From an uncultured Actinomycetes bacterium (GTDB lineage Bacteria > Actinomycetota > Thermoleophilia > Gaiellales > Gaiellaceae): a DNA stretch of 64,000 bases. How positions within the stretch are numbered: position 1 is the first letter of the stretch; each line of letters opens with the position of its first letter. This document shows, one piece after another, positions 15,709-24,507 of the stretch. The position numbers and the translations under genes are program-made. The stretch is from the NCBI GenBank assembly GCA_963738775.1, contig CAVTXU010000009.1, positions 96,040 to 160,039 of the forward strand, written 5' to 3'. The notes under the pieces are model-generated. The model did no database searches. It was not told the DNA's origin and saw only the letters and a program-made list of their open reading frames with translations.

Positions 15709-16564
15709 CGGCCTCCCGCTCCAGTTCGACGGTGAGCTGCGCGACGGCGCGCGCGAGTGTGCGGACTCGGCCGATATAGGCCGCGCGCTCGGTGACGGAG
15801 ATCGCCCCGCGCGCATCGAGCAGGTTGAAGGTGTGGGAGCTCTTCAGCACCTGGTCGTAGGCGGGCAGCGGCAGGCGGCGCTCGACGAGGCGGATGCACT
15901 CCTCCTCGTGCTCGGCGAAGCGCCGGGTCAGGACGTCGACCGGCGCCTCCTCGAAGTTGTAGATCGACCACTGGCGCTCGCTCTCGCGGTAGACGTCGCC
16001 CCACTTCACGCCCGGAGCCCACACGAGGTCGAAGGCACTCTGCTTGTCCTGGAGGAACATGGCCAGCCGCTCGAGGCCGTACGTGATCTCGGCGGGGATC
16101 AGCTCGAGATCGAGGCCGCCGACCTGCTGGAAGTAGGTGAACTGCGTCACCTCGAGACCGTCGATCCAGACCTCCCAGCCGAGCCCCCAGGCGCCGAGCG
16201 TCGGCTGCTCCCAGTCGTCCTCGACGAGGCGGAGGTCGTGCGCAGTGATGTCGATCCCGAGCGCGGCGAGCGACGCGAAGTAGAGGTCGAGGACGTCGTC
16301 GGGGGACGGCTTGAGGAAGACCTGGTACTGGAAGTAGTGCTGGAAGCGGTACGGGTTCTCGCCGTAGCGGCCGTCGGTCGGCCGGATCACCGGCTCGACG
16401 TAACCAGTCTTCCAGGGCTTCGGCCCGAGCGCGCGGAGCGTCGTCGCCGGATTCATCGTCCCGGCTGCGAGCTCGGTGTGGTACGGCTGCATGAGCACGC
16501 AGCCGTAGTCGGCCCAGTACCGCTCGAGGGCCGCGATCATGTCCTGGTAGTTGAGGGTCGCCAC
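15689..16564 (-). CDS. glyQ: glycine--tRNA ligase alpha subunit
   Basis: [49 protein letters not shown]...[22 protein letters not shown], a near-canonical GlyQ. Preferred GTG start at 16564 (GGA 9 nt upstream); alternative GTG at 16615. The 3' end overlaps the glyS start by 20 nt. Confidence 0.92.
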   Translation of the reverse strand: MATLNYQDMIAALERYWADYGCVLMQPYHTELAAGTMNPATTLRALGPKPWKTGYVEPVIRPTDGRYGENPYRFQHYFQYQVFLKPSPDDVLDLYFASLAALGIDITAHDLRLVEDDWEQPTLGAWGLGWEVWIDGLEVTQFTYFQQVGGLDLELIPAEITYGLERLAMFLQDKQSAFDLVWAPGVKWGDVYRESERQWSIYNFEEAPVDVLTRRFAEHEEECIRLVERRLPLPAYDQVLKSSHTFNLLDARGAISVTERAAYIGRVRTLARAVAQLTVELEREADADAAV

Positions 16565-16626
16565 GGGCCGTGATCCTACTCGGAGCAACGCTTTGGCTTC
16601 TTGGGGGGCGCGCACTCAAGGAAGGA

Positions 16627-16650
16627 CCCATCCCTAACCCCCACCCACCC
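16627..16650 (-). other. G-quadruplex-type motif (five G-runs) in the glyQ 5' leader
   Basis: The minus strand reads GGGTGGGTGGGGGTTAGGGATGGG, with loops of 1, 1, 3 and 2 nt. Seen directly in the sequence; folding not tested. Confidence 0.5.
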
Positions 16651-16706
16651 ACGGGGCACAACAACGGTAGCGGCGTGGGGCGCGCTGGACTGTGTCGAAA
16701 GCGTGA

Positions 16707-17153
16707 TTAATCCTGCGCGGCGCGCGTCTTCGGATCACGCTCCATCAGGCGCTCGGACGGCGGGCCGAAGCCGAGCTTCCGGTACAGGTCATGGGCGTCG
16801 CGCGTGTGCAGGAGCCACTTGCACTGCCCGTATGGGCCGTTCTCGACCATCTCACGGACCAGCTCGACTCCGAGGCCCTGGCCACGGTAGCTCTCGAGCA
16901 CGTAGACATCGGCGAGGTAGGCGAACCCGACACCGTCCGAGACCGCTCGTGCAAACCCGATCTGCTTGTCGCCCTCGTAGAGCCCGACGATGCGGCTCGC
17001 TTCGCGGACGAGCCGCTCCACCGTCTCGACCGGGCGGCCGTTCGCCCAGTACGACTCCGACAGGAAGAGATGCACCGCAGCGACGTCGACTCGGGCAGGA
17101 TCATCATCGAGCTCGAAGCCTCCCGGGAGCGTCCGCGCCACGCAACTCAGCAT
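16707..17153 (-). CDS. GNAT family N-acetyltransferase
   Basis: 148 aa. IGFARAVSDGVGFAYLADVYVLESYRGQGLGVELVREMVE is the acetyl-CoA binding R/Q-x-x-G-x-G/A motif. Confidence 0.8.
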   Translation of the reverse strand: MLSCVARTLPGGFELDDDPARVDVAAVHLFLSESYWANGRPVETVERLVREASRIVGLYEGDKQIGFARAVSDGVGFAYLADVYVLESYRGQGLGVELVREMVENGPYGQCKWLLHTRDAHDLYRKLGFGPPSERLMERDPKTRAAQD

Positions 17154-17188
17154 AGACCGCGCCGCAGCAACTGCGATACGGTGTCCCC

Positions 17189-17614
17189 GTGGGGAGGAGA
17201 ACCATCATCACCGTGGTCCTGGCCGCGTTCCTAGCCGCCGTCGACCTCTGGTACAAGGCGATGACGCCGACGCCGCCCTGGGCGTTCCACGCACGCTCGC
17301 CCGCGTGGGCTGCGCTTTCGCTCACCGTGATCGCCGGCGTGCTCGTGCTCACACGCGTGCCGTCCCTGGCGGTCGCGATCAGCGCCGGTGTCCTCGCGGG
17401 CGGCGTCGCAGGGAACCTCGTCTCCGGCGCGCTCCACTCCTGGGCCGTACCGGACCCGATCGTCATCGCAGTCGGCCGTGGCGTCGCCGCGTTCAACCTC
17501 GCCGACGTATTCGTGTTCACGGGCATCCTCGCGCTGAGTGCAGCGCTCGCCGCGGCCGTGATCCGTCATCGCGACACGCTCCGCCCGCCGCACACCTGGC
17601 TGCGCCGCAGCTAA
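17189..17614 (+). CDS. signal peptidase II (LspA)-like small membrane protein, divergent
   Basis: 141 aa, 4 hydrophobic segments. AAVDLWYK (resembling the LspA lDQxtK motif), GGVAGNLVSG (GGAxGNxxDR-like but without the Asp) and AAFNLADVFVFTG (FNvAD motif). Confidence 0.45.
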   Translation: MGRRTIITVVLAAFLAAVDLWYKAMTPTPPWAFHARSPAWAALSLTVIAGVLVLTRVPSLAVAISAGVLAGGVAGNLVSGALHSWAVPDPIVIAVGRGVAAFNLADVFVFTGILALSAALAAAVIRHRDTLRPPHTWLRRS

Positions 17615-18354
17615 GCGCTCAGAGTTCGCAGCCGAAAGCCGCCGTGGTACTCGTACCAGGCGGTGATCACGCTGAGGGCGTCACGTGCGGCACGGTCCGT
17701 GAGGCCGACCTCCCACGCCTCGGCGAGCGGTCGCCGTAGCAGCGCGTCGATCCCCTGGAGCCCGGCCGGCGAGAGCGCCAGCGCTCCGGCTCCGCAGTCG
17801 CGGCATACCGCACCACCGGCCTTCGGCGAGTAGCCGACCACGCCCGCGTCGGATCCGCACTCGGCGCAGCTCGCGAGATGTGGGAGATAGCCAGAGAGCC
17901 AGAGCAGCTTGAGCTGGAACGAGAGCGCCAGCGGATCGAGTGCGTGGCGCGCCGGCGCACGGCTCTCCGCTCCGTCGAGCAGGTCGAGGAACCGCGTCAA
18001 CGCCTCGAACGCCCGCGGATTCGCCTCCTGCTCGCTGAAGAGGCGCAGCATCGCCTCGAGGCCGATCAGGCCGACGCCGAGGCGGTACGGATCCTCGCGC
18101 GCGGCATGGTGCGACTGGATCAGGTCGGCGCCGGTGACCGTGTGCAGCTCGCCGGAGCCCTTGTGGAGCATCAGCTCGGCATGCGAGAGCGGCTCCAGGC
18201 GCGCGCCGAAGCGCGACTTCGTCTTGCGCACGCCCTTTGCGAGTGCACCGACCCGGCCCCGGTCGAGCGTGTAGAGGTGCAGCACCCGGTCGGACTCGCC
18301 GAAGCGAAACGAGCGCAGGACGACCGCCTCCGTCTTGTAGCCGCGCCCCGCCAT
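17611..18354 (-). CDS. recO: DNA repair protein RecO
   Basis: Internal ATG 18354: MAGRGYKTEAVVLRSFRFGESDRVLHLYTLDRGRVGALAKGVRK...CAECGS...AVCRDCG (zinc motif). The upstream 105 codons of the track ORF are Arg/Pro-rich shadow sequence. Confidence 0.85.
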   Translation of the reverse strand: MAGRGYKTEAVVLRSFRFGESDRVLHLYTLDRGRVGALAKGVRKTKSRFGARLEPLSHAELMLHKGSGELHTVTGADLIQSHHAAREDPYRLGVGLIGLEAMLRLFSEQEANPRAFEALTRFLDLLDGAESRAPARHALDPLALSFQLKLLWLSGYLPHLASCAECGSDAGVVGYSPKAGGAVCRDCGAGALALSPAGLQGIDALLRRPLAEAWEVGLTDRAARDALSVITAWYEYHGGFRLRTLSA

Positions 18355-18380
18355 CCTGCGGACAAGTCTAGAGGGGCCAT

Positions 18381-19211
18381 CTACGGGAGCCGCTGGCACG
18401 ACGGGCATGTCCACGTGCCCCGGCCGCCGAGCACGCTCCGCTCGATCGGTGTCCCGCAGCGTGGGCAGGGCTCGCCGAGACGGCCGTAGACGTTGAACTC
18501 GTTCTGCATCTCGCCGCTCGAGCCATCGGGGGTGGCGTAGTCGCGGAGCGTGGCGCCTTGCCGGGCGATCCCGAGCTCGAGCACGCGCCGGATGTTCCGG
18601 TGGAGCCGGCTCAGCTCCTGGGCGTCGAGCTCGCCCGCGGACCGACGGGGATGGAGCTCCGAACGCCACAGCGCCTCGTCGACGTAGATGTTGCCGAGCC
18701 CGGCGATCGCCTTCTGGTCGAGCAGGACGTTCTTGAGCGGCGCGGTTCGCTTCGCAAGCCGGCTCGCGAGCACCTTCGCGGTGAACGCCGGCGTCAACGG
18801 CTCGGGGCCGAGCCGGGCTGCGATGTACTCGTCCAGCGCTCCGGGCTCGAGCAGGAGCCAGGTGCCGAAGCGGCGGACATCGCGATAGGCGACGTCCGAT
18901 CCGTCGTCTAATCTGACAACAGCCCGCCGGTGCGGATCATCCTCGAGGGTCCCGCCCGGCGCGTGACGCAGACTCCCCGTCATCCGGAGGTGAATCAGGA
19001 GAGCCCGACCGGTTTCGAACCTCACAATCAGATACTTGCCGCGACGTTCCAGGGCCGAGACCCGCTCGCCCACGAGCTCGGCGGCGACCACATCCGGCTC
19101 GTAGGGCCGCACGAGTCGACCGTCGCCGATCTCCACGTGTGCGAAGAGGCGTCCCTCGAGCCCGGGCGCGAGCCGGCGCCGAACTGTCTCGACCTCGGGC
19201 AGCTCGGGCAC
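18381..19211 (-). CDS. mutM: formamidopyrimidine-DNA glycosylase (Fpg/MutM)
   Basis: GTG 19211, then PELPEVETVRRRL (catalytic N-terminal Pro). KNVLLDQKAIAGLGNIYVDEALW, and the C-terminal zinc finger CPRCGTPIERSVLGGRGTWTCPSCQ. Starts 2 nt after the deoA stop. Confidence 0.9.
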   Translation of the reverse strand: MPELPEVETVRRRLAPGLEGRLFAHVEIGDGRLVRPYEPDVVAAELVGERVSALERRGKYLIVRFETGRALLIHLRMTGSLRHAPGGTLEDDPHRRAVVRLDDGSDVAYRDVRRFGTWLLLEPGALDEYIAARLGPEPLTPAFTAKVLASRLAKRTAPLKNVLLDQKAIAGLGNIYVDEALWRSELHPRRSAGELDAQELSRLHRNIRRVLELGIARQGATLRDYATPDGSSGEMQNEFNVYGRLGEPCPRCGTPIERSVLGGRGTWTCPSCQRLP

Positions 19212-19213
19212 GG

Positions 19214-20515
19214 CTAGCTCCCGAGCACGTCGAGCAGGAGCGGACGCTCCGGAGGAGCCGCATTCGCGATCGCGTACGCCGCCTTGACCTCGGCGACGCA
19301 GGTGGCGGCGGTCACCATGTCGCGAGCGTGGACCTCCGCCAACGTCTCCCCTGCCTCGACGCGACCTCCGCGCTTGGCCAGGCAGACGACGCCGACGGCA
19401 TGGTCGATCGCATCCTCCTTCGTGCGCCTGCCGGCGCCGAGACGGAGCGCTGCGCGGCCGACCGCGATCGCGCCGAGCGAGCCGACGTAGCCGCCGACAT
19501 CGGCGGTGACGGGTCGCACGACGGGGGCGACGGGCAAGGCCGTTTCGTCGGGGTCGCCGCCCTGCGCGCGGATCCAGCGCTCGTAGGCGTCGAGAGCCGA
19601 GCCGTCCTCGACGGCCGCTTCCGCGCGGGCGCGCCCTTCGACGAGATCGACGCCGAGGTCGGAGAGCTCGAGGAGCCGCGCGCATGCATCGAGCACGAGC
19701 TCGGTGAAGTCCGGCGGGCCTTCGCCGCGCACGGTGGCGATCGCCTCGCGCACCTCGAGCGCGTTCCCGACGGCGCTCCCGAGCGGCTGGTCCATGTCGG
19801 TGAGCAGGCAGACCACCTCGCGACCGGCGCGACGGCCGAGCTCGATCATCTCGTTCGCGAGTGCGCGCGCATCGTCCTCGGTCTTCATGAACGCGCCGTC
19901 GCCGACCTTCACGTCGAGCACGATCGCGTCGGCGCCGCCCGCGAGCTTCTTCGACATGATGCTCGCCGCGATCAGCGAGACGTTGTCGACCGTCGCGGTG
20001 ACGTCGCGCAGCGCGTACAGCTTCTTGTCCGCGGGGACGAGGTCGGCCGTCTGGCCGACGATCGCTAGGCCGACGTCACGGACCTGCGCCACGAATCGCT
20101 CGAGCGGGAGCTCCACCTCGTAACCGGGGATCGACTCGAGCTTGTCGAGCGTGCCACCCGTGTGGCCGAGCCCACGGCCGCTCATCTTCCCGAACGGCAC
20201 GCCGCATGCAGCCACGATCGGCCCGACGGCGAGGGACGTCTTGTCGCCCACGCCGCCCGTCGAGTGCTTGTCGACGACCTTCCGCCCGAGCGCGGCGCCG
20301 AGGTCGAGCGTCTCGCCGCTACGGATCATCGCGTCGGTGAGCGCGAACGTCTCGGCATGCGTGAGCCCGCGGAAGTACACGGCCATCAGGAAGGCCGCCA
20401 TCTGGTAGTCGGGCACGGAGCCGGCGGTGTACGCGAGCACGAGCTCGGAGAGCTCCTCGGCGCTGAGCTCCTCCCCGTCGCGCTTCCGCTGGATCAGGTC
20501 CGCGGGAAGGATCAC
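19214..20515 (-). CDS. deoA: thymidine / pyrimidine-nucleoside phosphorylase
   Basis: VILPADLIQRKRDGEELSAEEL...VVDKHSTGGVGDKTSL...GRGLGHTGGTLDKLESIPG...KKLYALRDVTATVD. GTG 20515 overlaps the upstream TGA (GTGA). Confidence 0.88.
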   Translation of the reverse strand: MILPADLIQRKRDGEELSAEELSELVLAYTAGSVPDYQMAAFLMAVYFRGLTHAETFALTDAMIRSGETLDLGAALGRKVVDKHSTGGVGDKTSLAVGPIVAACGVPFGKMSGRGLGHTGGTLDKLESIPGYEVELPLERFVAQVRDVGLAIVGQTADLVPADKKLYALRDVTATVDNVSLIAASIMSKKLAGGADAIVLDVKVGDGAFMKTEDDARALANEMIELGRRAGREVVCLLTDMDQPLGSAVGNALEVREAIATVRGEGPPDFTELVLDACARLLELSDLGVDLVEGRARAEAAVEDGSALDAYERWIRAQGGDPDETALPVAPVVRPVTADVGGYVGSLGAIAVGRAALRLGAGRRTKEDAIDHAVGVVCLAKRGGRVEAGETLAEVHARDMVTAATCVAEVKAAYAIANAAPPERPLLLDVLGS

Positions 20516-21225
20516 CGTGCGGTCTCCGCGACGAAAACCACGGGTGCGCGGCGCACGCGGAGAGGCCCGTCGAACTCGGGCAATTGGGCACCGCTCCACA
20601 TTTGAGCGCTGGCGTCGACATACGCCTGCGCTGCCACTCGGTCGGGAAACACGATCGAGCCCGCTGCGTCGCGCCGGTCGATCGCCGCGAAGTGACGACT
20701 GAGCTGCGCCTCCCCGTTCTCCGCCGAGAAAGCCGACTCCTCGCGATCGACGCCGAGCAGCCCCACAAGCTCGCGAAGGTGATCGGTCGAGTTCGTGACC
20801 GCGACGAGCCGGCCGCCCGGCCGAAGGACACGGGCCAGCTCGGCCAGAGCGCGGTCGACATCGGGTACGTGGTAGAGCATCCAGTTGGCAGCTACACAGT
20901 CGAAGAAGTCGTCCGGAAACGGCAGCTCCTGGACGTCTCCGACGCGCGCGTCGAGCCCACGCTCCCGCGCGAGGTCGACCATCCGCTCGGAGAGATCGAG
21001 GGCGATGACCTCCGCCCGGGTCTCGGCAGCGATCCGCTCGGAGAACCAGCCCCAGCCGCAGCCGACCTCCAGGAAACTCCGCGGTGCGACCTCGATCACG
21101 GCCTCAAGCGCCAGTTGACGCGGATCCGGGCCTTCCGCGAACCGGTAGGCGTCGGCGCGCCCGGCTAGCCCGGACTCGCTCGAATACTCCCGCTGCACGA
21201 GCTCCGGGTCGTCGAGCCGCGCCAT
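20512..21225 (-). CDS. class I SAM-dependent methyltransferase (paralogue 1 of a tandem pair)
   Basis: ATG 21225: MARLDDPELVQREY...FLEVGCGWGWFSERI...DARVGDVQELPFPDDFFDCVAANWMLYHVPDVDRALAELARVLRPGGRLVAV. Confidence 0.8.
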   Translation of the reverse strand: MARLDDPELVQREYSSESGLAGRADAYRFAEGPDPRQLALEAVIEVAPRSFLEVGCGWGWFSERIAAETRAEVIALDLSERMVDLARERGLDARVGDVQELPFPDDFFDCVAANWMLYHVPDVDRALAELARVLRPGGRLVAVTNSTDHLRELVGLLGVDREESAFSAENGEAQLSRHFAAIDRRDAAGSIVFPDRVAAQAYVDASAQMWSGAQLPEFDGPLRVRRAPVVFVAETAR

Positions 21226-21920
21226 CAGCCCGCCTTGCGGGCGACGAACACGGCGTGCGAGGCGTGCGCCTGGAACGGCTCCGTGAACTCGGGCACCCGA
21301 TCGGCCAGATGCGCATGCGTGAGCTGGGCGGCGACGAGCGTCCGCATCGACTCCGAATCGGGGAACAACGCGACGCCCTGAGCGTCGCGCATCTCGACGT
21401 GCTCGAAGTACGGCGCGAGCACCTCGAGACCGTTCTCGCGGGAGAAGCTGAGGTGATCTCGCGCGGTGTCGCCGAGCAGCTCCCACACCTCCTGGAAGTT
21501 GTCCGAGCCGAGTGTGACGGCGACGAGCGTCCCGCCCGGCCGCAACACGCGGCGGCATTCGAGGATCGCCTGCTCCAGCGCGGGCACGTGGTACAGCACC
21601 CACCCCGCGATGACCAGGTCGAACGACTCGTCGTCGAAGGGCAGCGCCTGGACGTCGCCGATGCGCGCGTCGACTCCGCGCGCGGCCGTCAGCTCGACCA
21701 TGCGCGGCGAGAGATCGATAGCGATCAGCTCCAGGCCGAGCTCGTTCTTGACCCGCTCCGCGAGCTCGCCCATGCCGCAGCCGACCTCGAGCACCTGCTT
21801 CGCCGGCACCTCGGCGACAGCCGCGAACGCGATGTCCTCGGCGTTCGGCCCGTCGACGAGCTGCCGGTACGCGGCCGCCCGCTTCGCGAGCCGTTCCTCA
21901 CTCGCGTACTCCCAGGTCAC
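21225..21920 (-). CDS. class I SAM-dependent methyltransferase (paralogue 2 of a tandem pair)
   Basis: GTG start. VLEVGCGMGELAERV...DARIGDVQALPFDDESFDLVIAGWVLYHVPALEQAILECRRVLRPGGTLVAV. Colinear similarity to the downstream paralogue; stop overlaps its ATG (TGATG). Confidence 0.8.
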   Translation of the reverse strand: MTWEYASEERLAKRAAAYRQLVDGPNAEDIAFAAVAEVPAKQVLEVGCGMGELAERVKNELGLELIAIDLSPRMVELTAARGVDARIGDVQALPFDDESFDLVIAGWVLYHVPALEQAILECRRVLRPGGTLVAVTLGSDNFQEVWELLGDTARDHLSFSRENGLEVLAPYFEHVEMRDAQGVALFPDSESMRTLVAAQLTHAHLADRVPEFTEPFQAHASHAVFVARKAG

Positions 21921-21940
21921 GACGAGCGGGTTGTCGAGCT

Positions 21941-23107
21941 TCAGGGCGCGACGATCAGCTGCCCGGGGATCCCCTTCGATGACGCCTTACCTCCCAACCA
22001 TGCGTTGACGGTCGCGCCGACGTCGGCGAACTCGCCCTCGTGGATGTGGCCAGCGGCGTTGCGCCCTTCGACGTACGCGAGCAGGAGCCCGTGCTCGCGC
22101 GAGTGGTCGGTCGAGGGCGTCGTCGGATCGCAGCCGTGGTCGGATGTCAGGATGAGCAGGTCGCCGGGCCGCAGGGCCTCGAGCAGGTCGTAGAGGCGCC
22201 GGTCGAAATCCTGGAGACAGCGGTGGAAGTTGACCGGGTCGTTGCGATGGCCCCAGAGCGAGTCGGTCTCGACGAGGTTCGTGAAGATCAGCCCCTGATC
22301 GACCTCGCGCAGGAGGCGCTCCGTGGTCGTGATCCCCTCCACGTTCGACTTGGTCGGGTAGGACTCGTCGATGTCGAAGCCGGCGAAGATGTCCGAGATC
22401 TTGCCGACGCCGTGGACCTGGTGTCCGGCCTCGCGGATCAGCGTCAGGTAGTTCGGCCGCTTCGGCTCGAGCGAGAAGTCGTGCCGGTTCCCCGTGCGCT
22501 CGTAGTTGCCGGGCTCGCCGATGAACGGGCGAGCGATCACACGGCCGACCGCGTGCTTTCCGGTCAGGATCTCGCGGGCGATCCGGCATGCCTCGTACAG
22601 CTCCTCGAGCGGAACCGTCTCCTCGTGCGCCGCGATCTGGAAGACCGAGTCGGCCGACGTGTAGACGATCCACTTGCCGGTCTTCTGATGCTCCTCGCCG
22701 AGCTCCTGGATGATCTCCGTCCCCGACGCGGGCCGGTTGCCGATCACGCCCCGGCCCGTGCGGTTCATGAATGGATCGATCACGTCGTACGGGAACCCGT
22801 GCGGATAGGTCGGCATCGGCTGCGGCGTGACGACGCCCATCAGCTCCCAGTGGCCGGTCGTGGTGTCCTTGCCCTTCGAGCGCTCGACGAGCCGGCCGGC
22901 GACCGCGGGCGCTCCCGACTGGGGCGGACAGCCCTCGAGCGGTTCGACGTTCCCGAGGCCGAGCGCCTCGAGCGCGGGCAGATCGAGCCCGCCGACTGCG
23001 CGCGCGACGTTGCCGAGCGTGTCGGACCCTTCGTCGCCGTACGCGTCGGCATCGGGGAGCGCGCCCGCTCCCACCGCGTCCAGCACGATGACACATGCCC
23101 TGGGCAT
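21941..23107 (-). CDS. deoB: phosphopentomutase
   Basis: MPRACVIVLDAVGAGALPDA...GKDTTTGHWELMG...YTSADSVFQIAAHEE...LLILTSDHGCDPT, canonical DeoB. Confidence 0.92.
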   Translation of the reverse strand: MPRACVIVLDAVGAGALPDADAYGDEGSDTLGNVARAVGGLDLPALEALGLGNVEPLEGCPPQSGAPAVAGRLVERSKGKDTTTGHWELMGVVTPQPMPTYPHGFPYDVIDPFMNRTGRGVIGNRPASGTEIIQELGEEHQKTGKWIVYTSADSVFQIAAHEETVPLEELYEACRIAREILTGKHAVGRVIARPFIGEPGNYERTGNRHDFSLEPKRPNYLTLIREAGHQVHGVGKISDIFAGFDIDESYPTKSNVEGITTTERLLREVDQGLIFTNLVETDSLWGHRNDPVNFHRCLQDFDRRLYDLLEALRPGDLLILTSDHGCDPTTPSTDHSREHGLLLAYVEGRNAAGHIHEGEFADVGATVNAWLGGKASSKGIPGQLIVAP

Positions 23108-23127
23108 ACAGCTATTCTACGGCGGCG

Positions 23128-23259
23128 ATGATGACTGTCCTCGGCCTGCTCGGGCTCATCCTCTTCATTGTGTGCGTGATCTCGCTCGCTGCGGCCGTCA
23201 CGTGGGTCGTCGTAAAGATCTCGCCGCAGAAGACCCCGCCGCCCAAGACCGAGACGTAG
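23128..23259 (+). CDS. candidate 43-aa single-pass membrane peptide
   Basis: ATG ATG at 23128: MMTVLGLLGLILFIVCVISLAAAVTWVVVKISPQKTPPPKTET, TAG 23257-23259. Below the 60-aa track cutoff. One clear TM helix plus a charged tail. No strong SD seen. Confidence 0.3.
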   Translation: MMTVLGLLGLILFIVCVISLAAAVTWVVVKISPQKTPPPKTET

Positions 23260-23260
23260 C

Positions 23261-24385
23261 TCAGACGGCCGAGAGCGGCAGGACGCTCTCGAGCGGGGCG
23301 TACGCAAGGTCGTGGGCCTCGGCGACCGGGCCGCACGTCACCTTGCCGTCGATCACGTTCACCCCGCGCGCCAGGGCCGCGTCGCGGGCGACAGCGTCCG
23401 CGAGGCCGTGGTTCGCGATCGCCTCGACGTACGGCAGCGTGGCGTTGGTGAGCGCTTTCGTCGAGGTGATCGGCACCGCGCCGGGCATGTTCGCCACGCA
23501 GTAGTGCGTGACCCCGTCGACGGTGTAGACCGGCTCGGTGTGCGTGGTCGGATGCGAGGTCTCGAAGCAGCCGCCCTGATCGATCGCGACGTCGCAGAGG
23601 ACCGAGCCCTCCTTCATCTCCTTCACCATCGCGCGTGTGACGAGCTTCGGCGCAACGGCGCCGGGGATCAGGACTGCGCCGATCACGACGTCCGCGTCGG
23701 CGACGGACGACTCGACCTGGAGCGCGCTCGACATCAGCAGCGTGACCCGGCCCGAGAGCACCTCCTCGAGATGGCGCATCCGGTCGATCGAGCGCTCGAG
23801 GATCGTGACCTGGCCGCCGAGCCCGAGCGCGATCACCGCCGCGTTGTAGCCGACGATGCCGCCGCCGATCACGACGACCTTGCCGGGCGCGACGCCGGGG
23901 ACGCCGCCGAGCAGGAGCCCGCGGCCGCCGAGCGGCTTCTCGAGGAAGTGCGCGCCGGCCTGGGCAGCGAGGCGTCCGGCCACCTCGCTCATGGGCGCGA
24001 GCAGGGGAAGCTGCCGCCCCTCGGTCTCGACCGTCTCGTAGGCGACGGCACGGATCCCGCTCGAGATCAGCGCCTCCGTGAGTGGGCGATCAGCGGCGAG
24101 ATGGAGGTAGGTGAAGAGGACGAGGCCCTCGCGCAGATGTGGGTACTCGGAGGCGATCGGCTCCTTCACCTTCAGCAGCAGCTCCGAGTCTCCCCAGACC
24201 TCGTCCACGGGCGCGGTGCGGGCACCGACCGCCTCGTAGGCCGAGTCGGGGAACGAGCTCCCGTCGCCGGCGCCGTGCTCGAGTGTCACCTCGTGGCCGT
24301 GCAGGATCAGCTCGCGCGCGCCCGCCGGTGTGAGGGCGACGCGGTACTCGTCGGTCTTGATCTCCTTGGCGACGCCGATCTTCAT
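23261..24385 (-). CDS. ald: alanine dehydrogenase
   Basis: [22 protein letters not shown]...[14 protein letters not shown]...[13 protein letters not shown]...[11 protein letters not shown], canonical Ald. Confidence 0.93.
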   Translation of the reverse strand: MKIGVAKEIKTDEYRVALTPAGARELILHGHEVTLEHGAGDGSSFPDSAYEAVGARTAPVDEVWGDSELLLKVKEPIASEYPHLREGLVLFTYLHLAADRPLTEALISSGIRAVAYETVETEGRQLPLLAPMSEVAGRLAAQAGAHFLEKPLGGRGLLLGGVPGVAPGKVVVIGGGIVGYNAAVIALGLGGQVTILERSIDRMRHLEEVLSGRVTLLMSSALQVESSVADADVVIGAVLIPGAVAPKLVTRAMVKEMKEGSVLCDVAIDQGGCFETSHPTTHTEPVYTVDGVTHYCVANMPGAVPITSTKALTNATLPYVEAIANHGLADAVARDAALARGVNVIDGKVTCGPVAEAHDLAYAPLESVLPLSAV

Positions 24386-24507
24386 GGCCGCGGCAACGAT
24401 AGCCGGTCGGAGGAACGATCGTCACGAAGGCGGCACGCTTCCGTGCGTCCCGCGTGCCGCATTTCGAATTAGGATCGATAGCGGTGGGGCGCTCGGGGCC
24501 GTTCCCC

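Noticed and set aside
16565-16706. Glycine T-box riboswitch upstream of glyQS
   Set aside because: The leader is only about 140 nt. I could not find a specifier loop with GGC in context, the GA/K-turn elements, or the T-box consensus followed by a terminator. Only a partial GGGTGG resemblance is present, and it belongs to the G-run motif.
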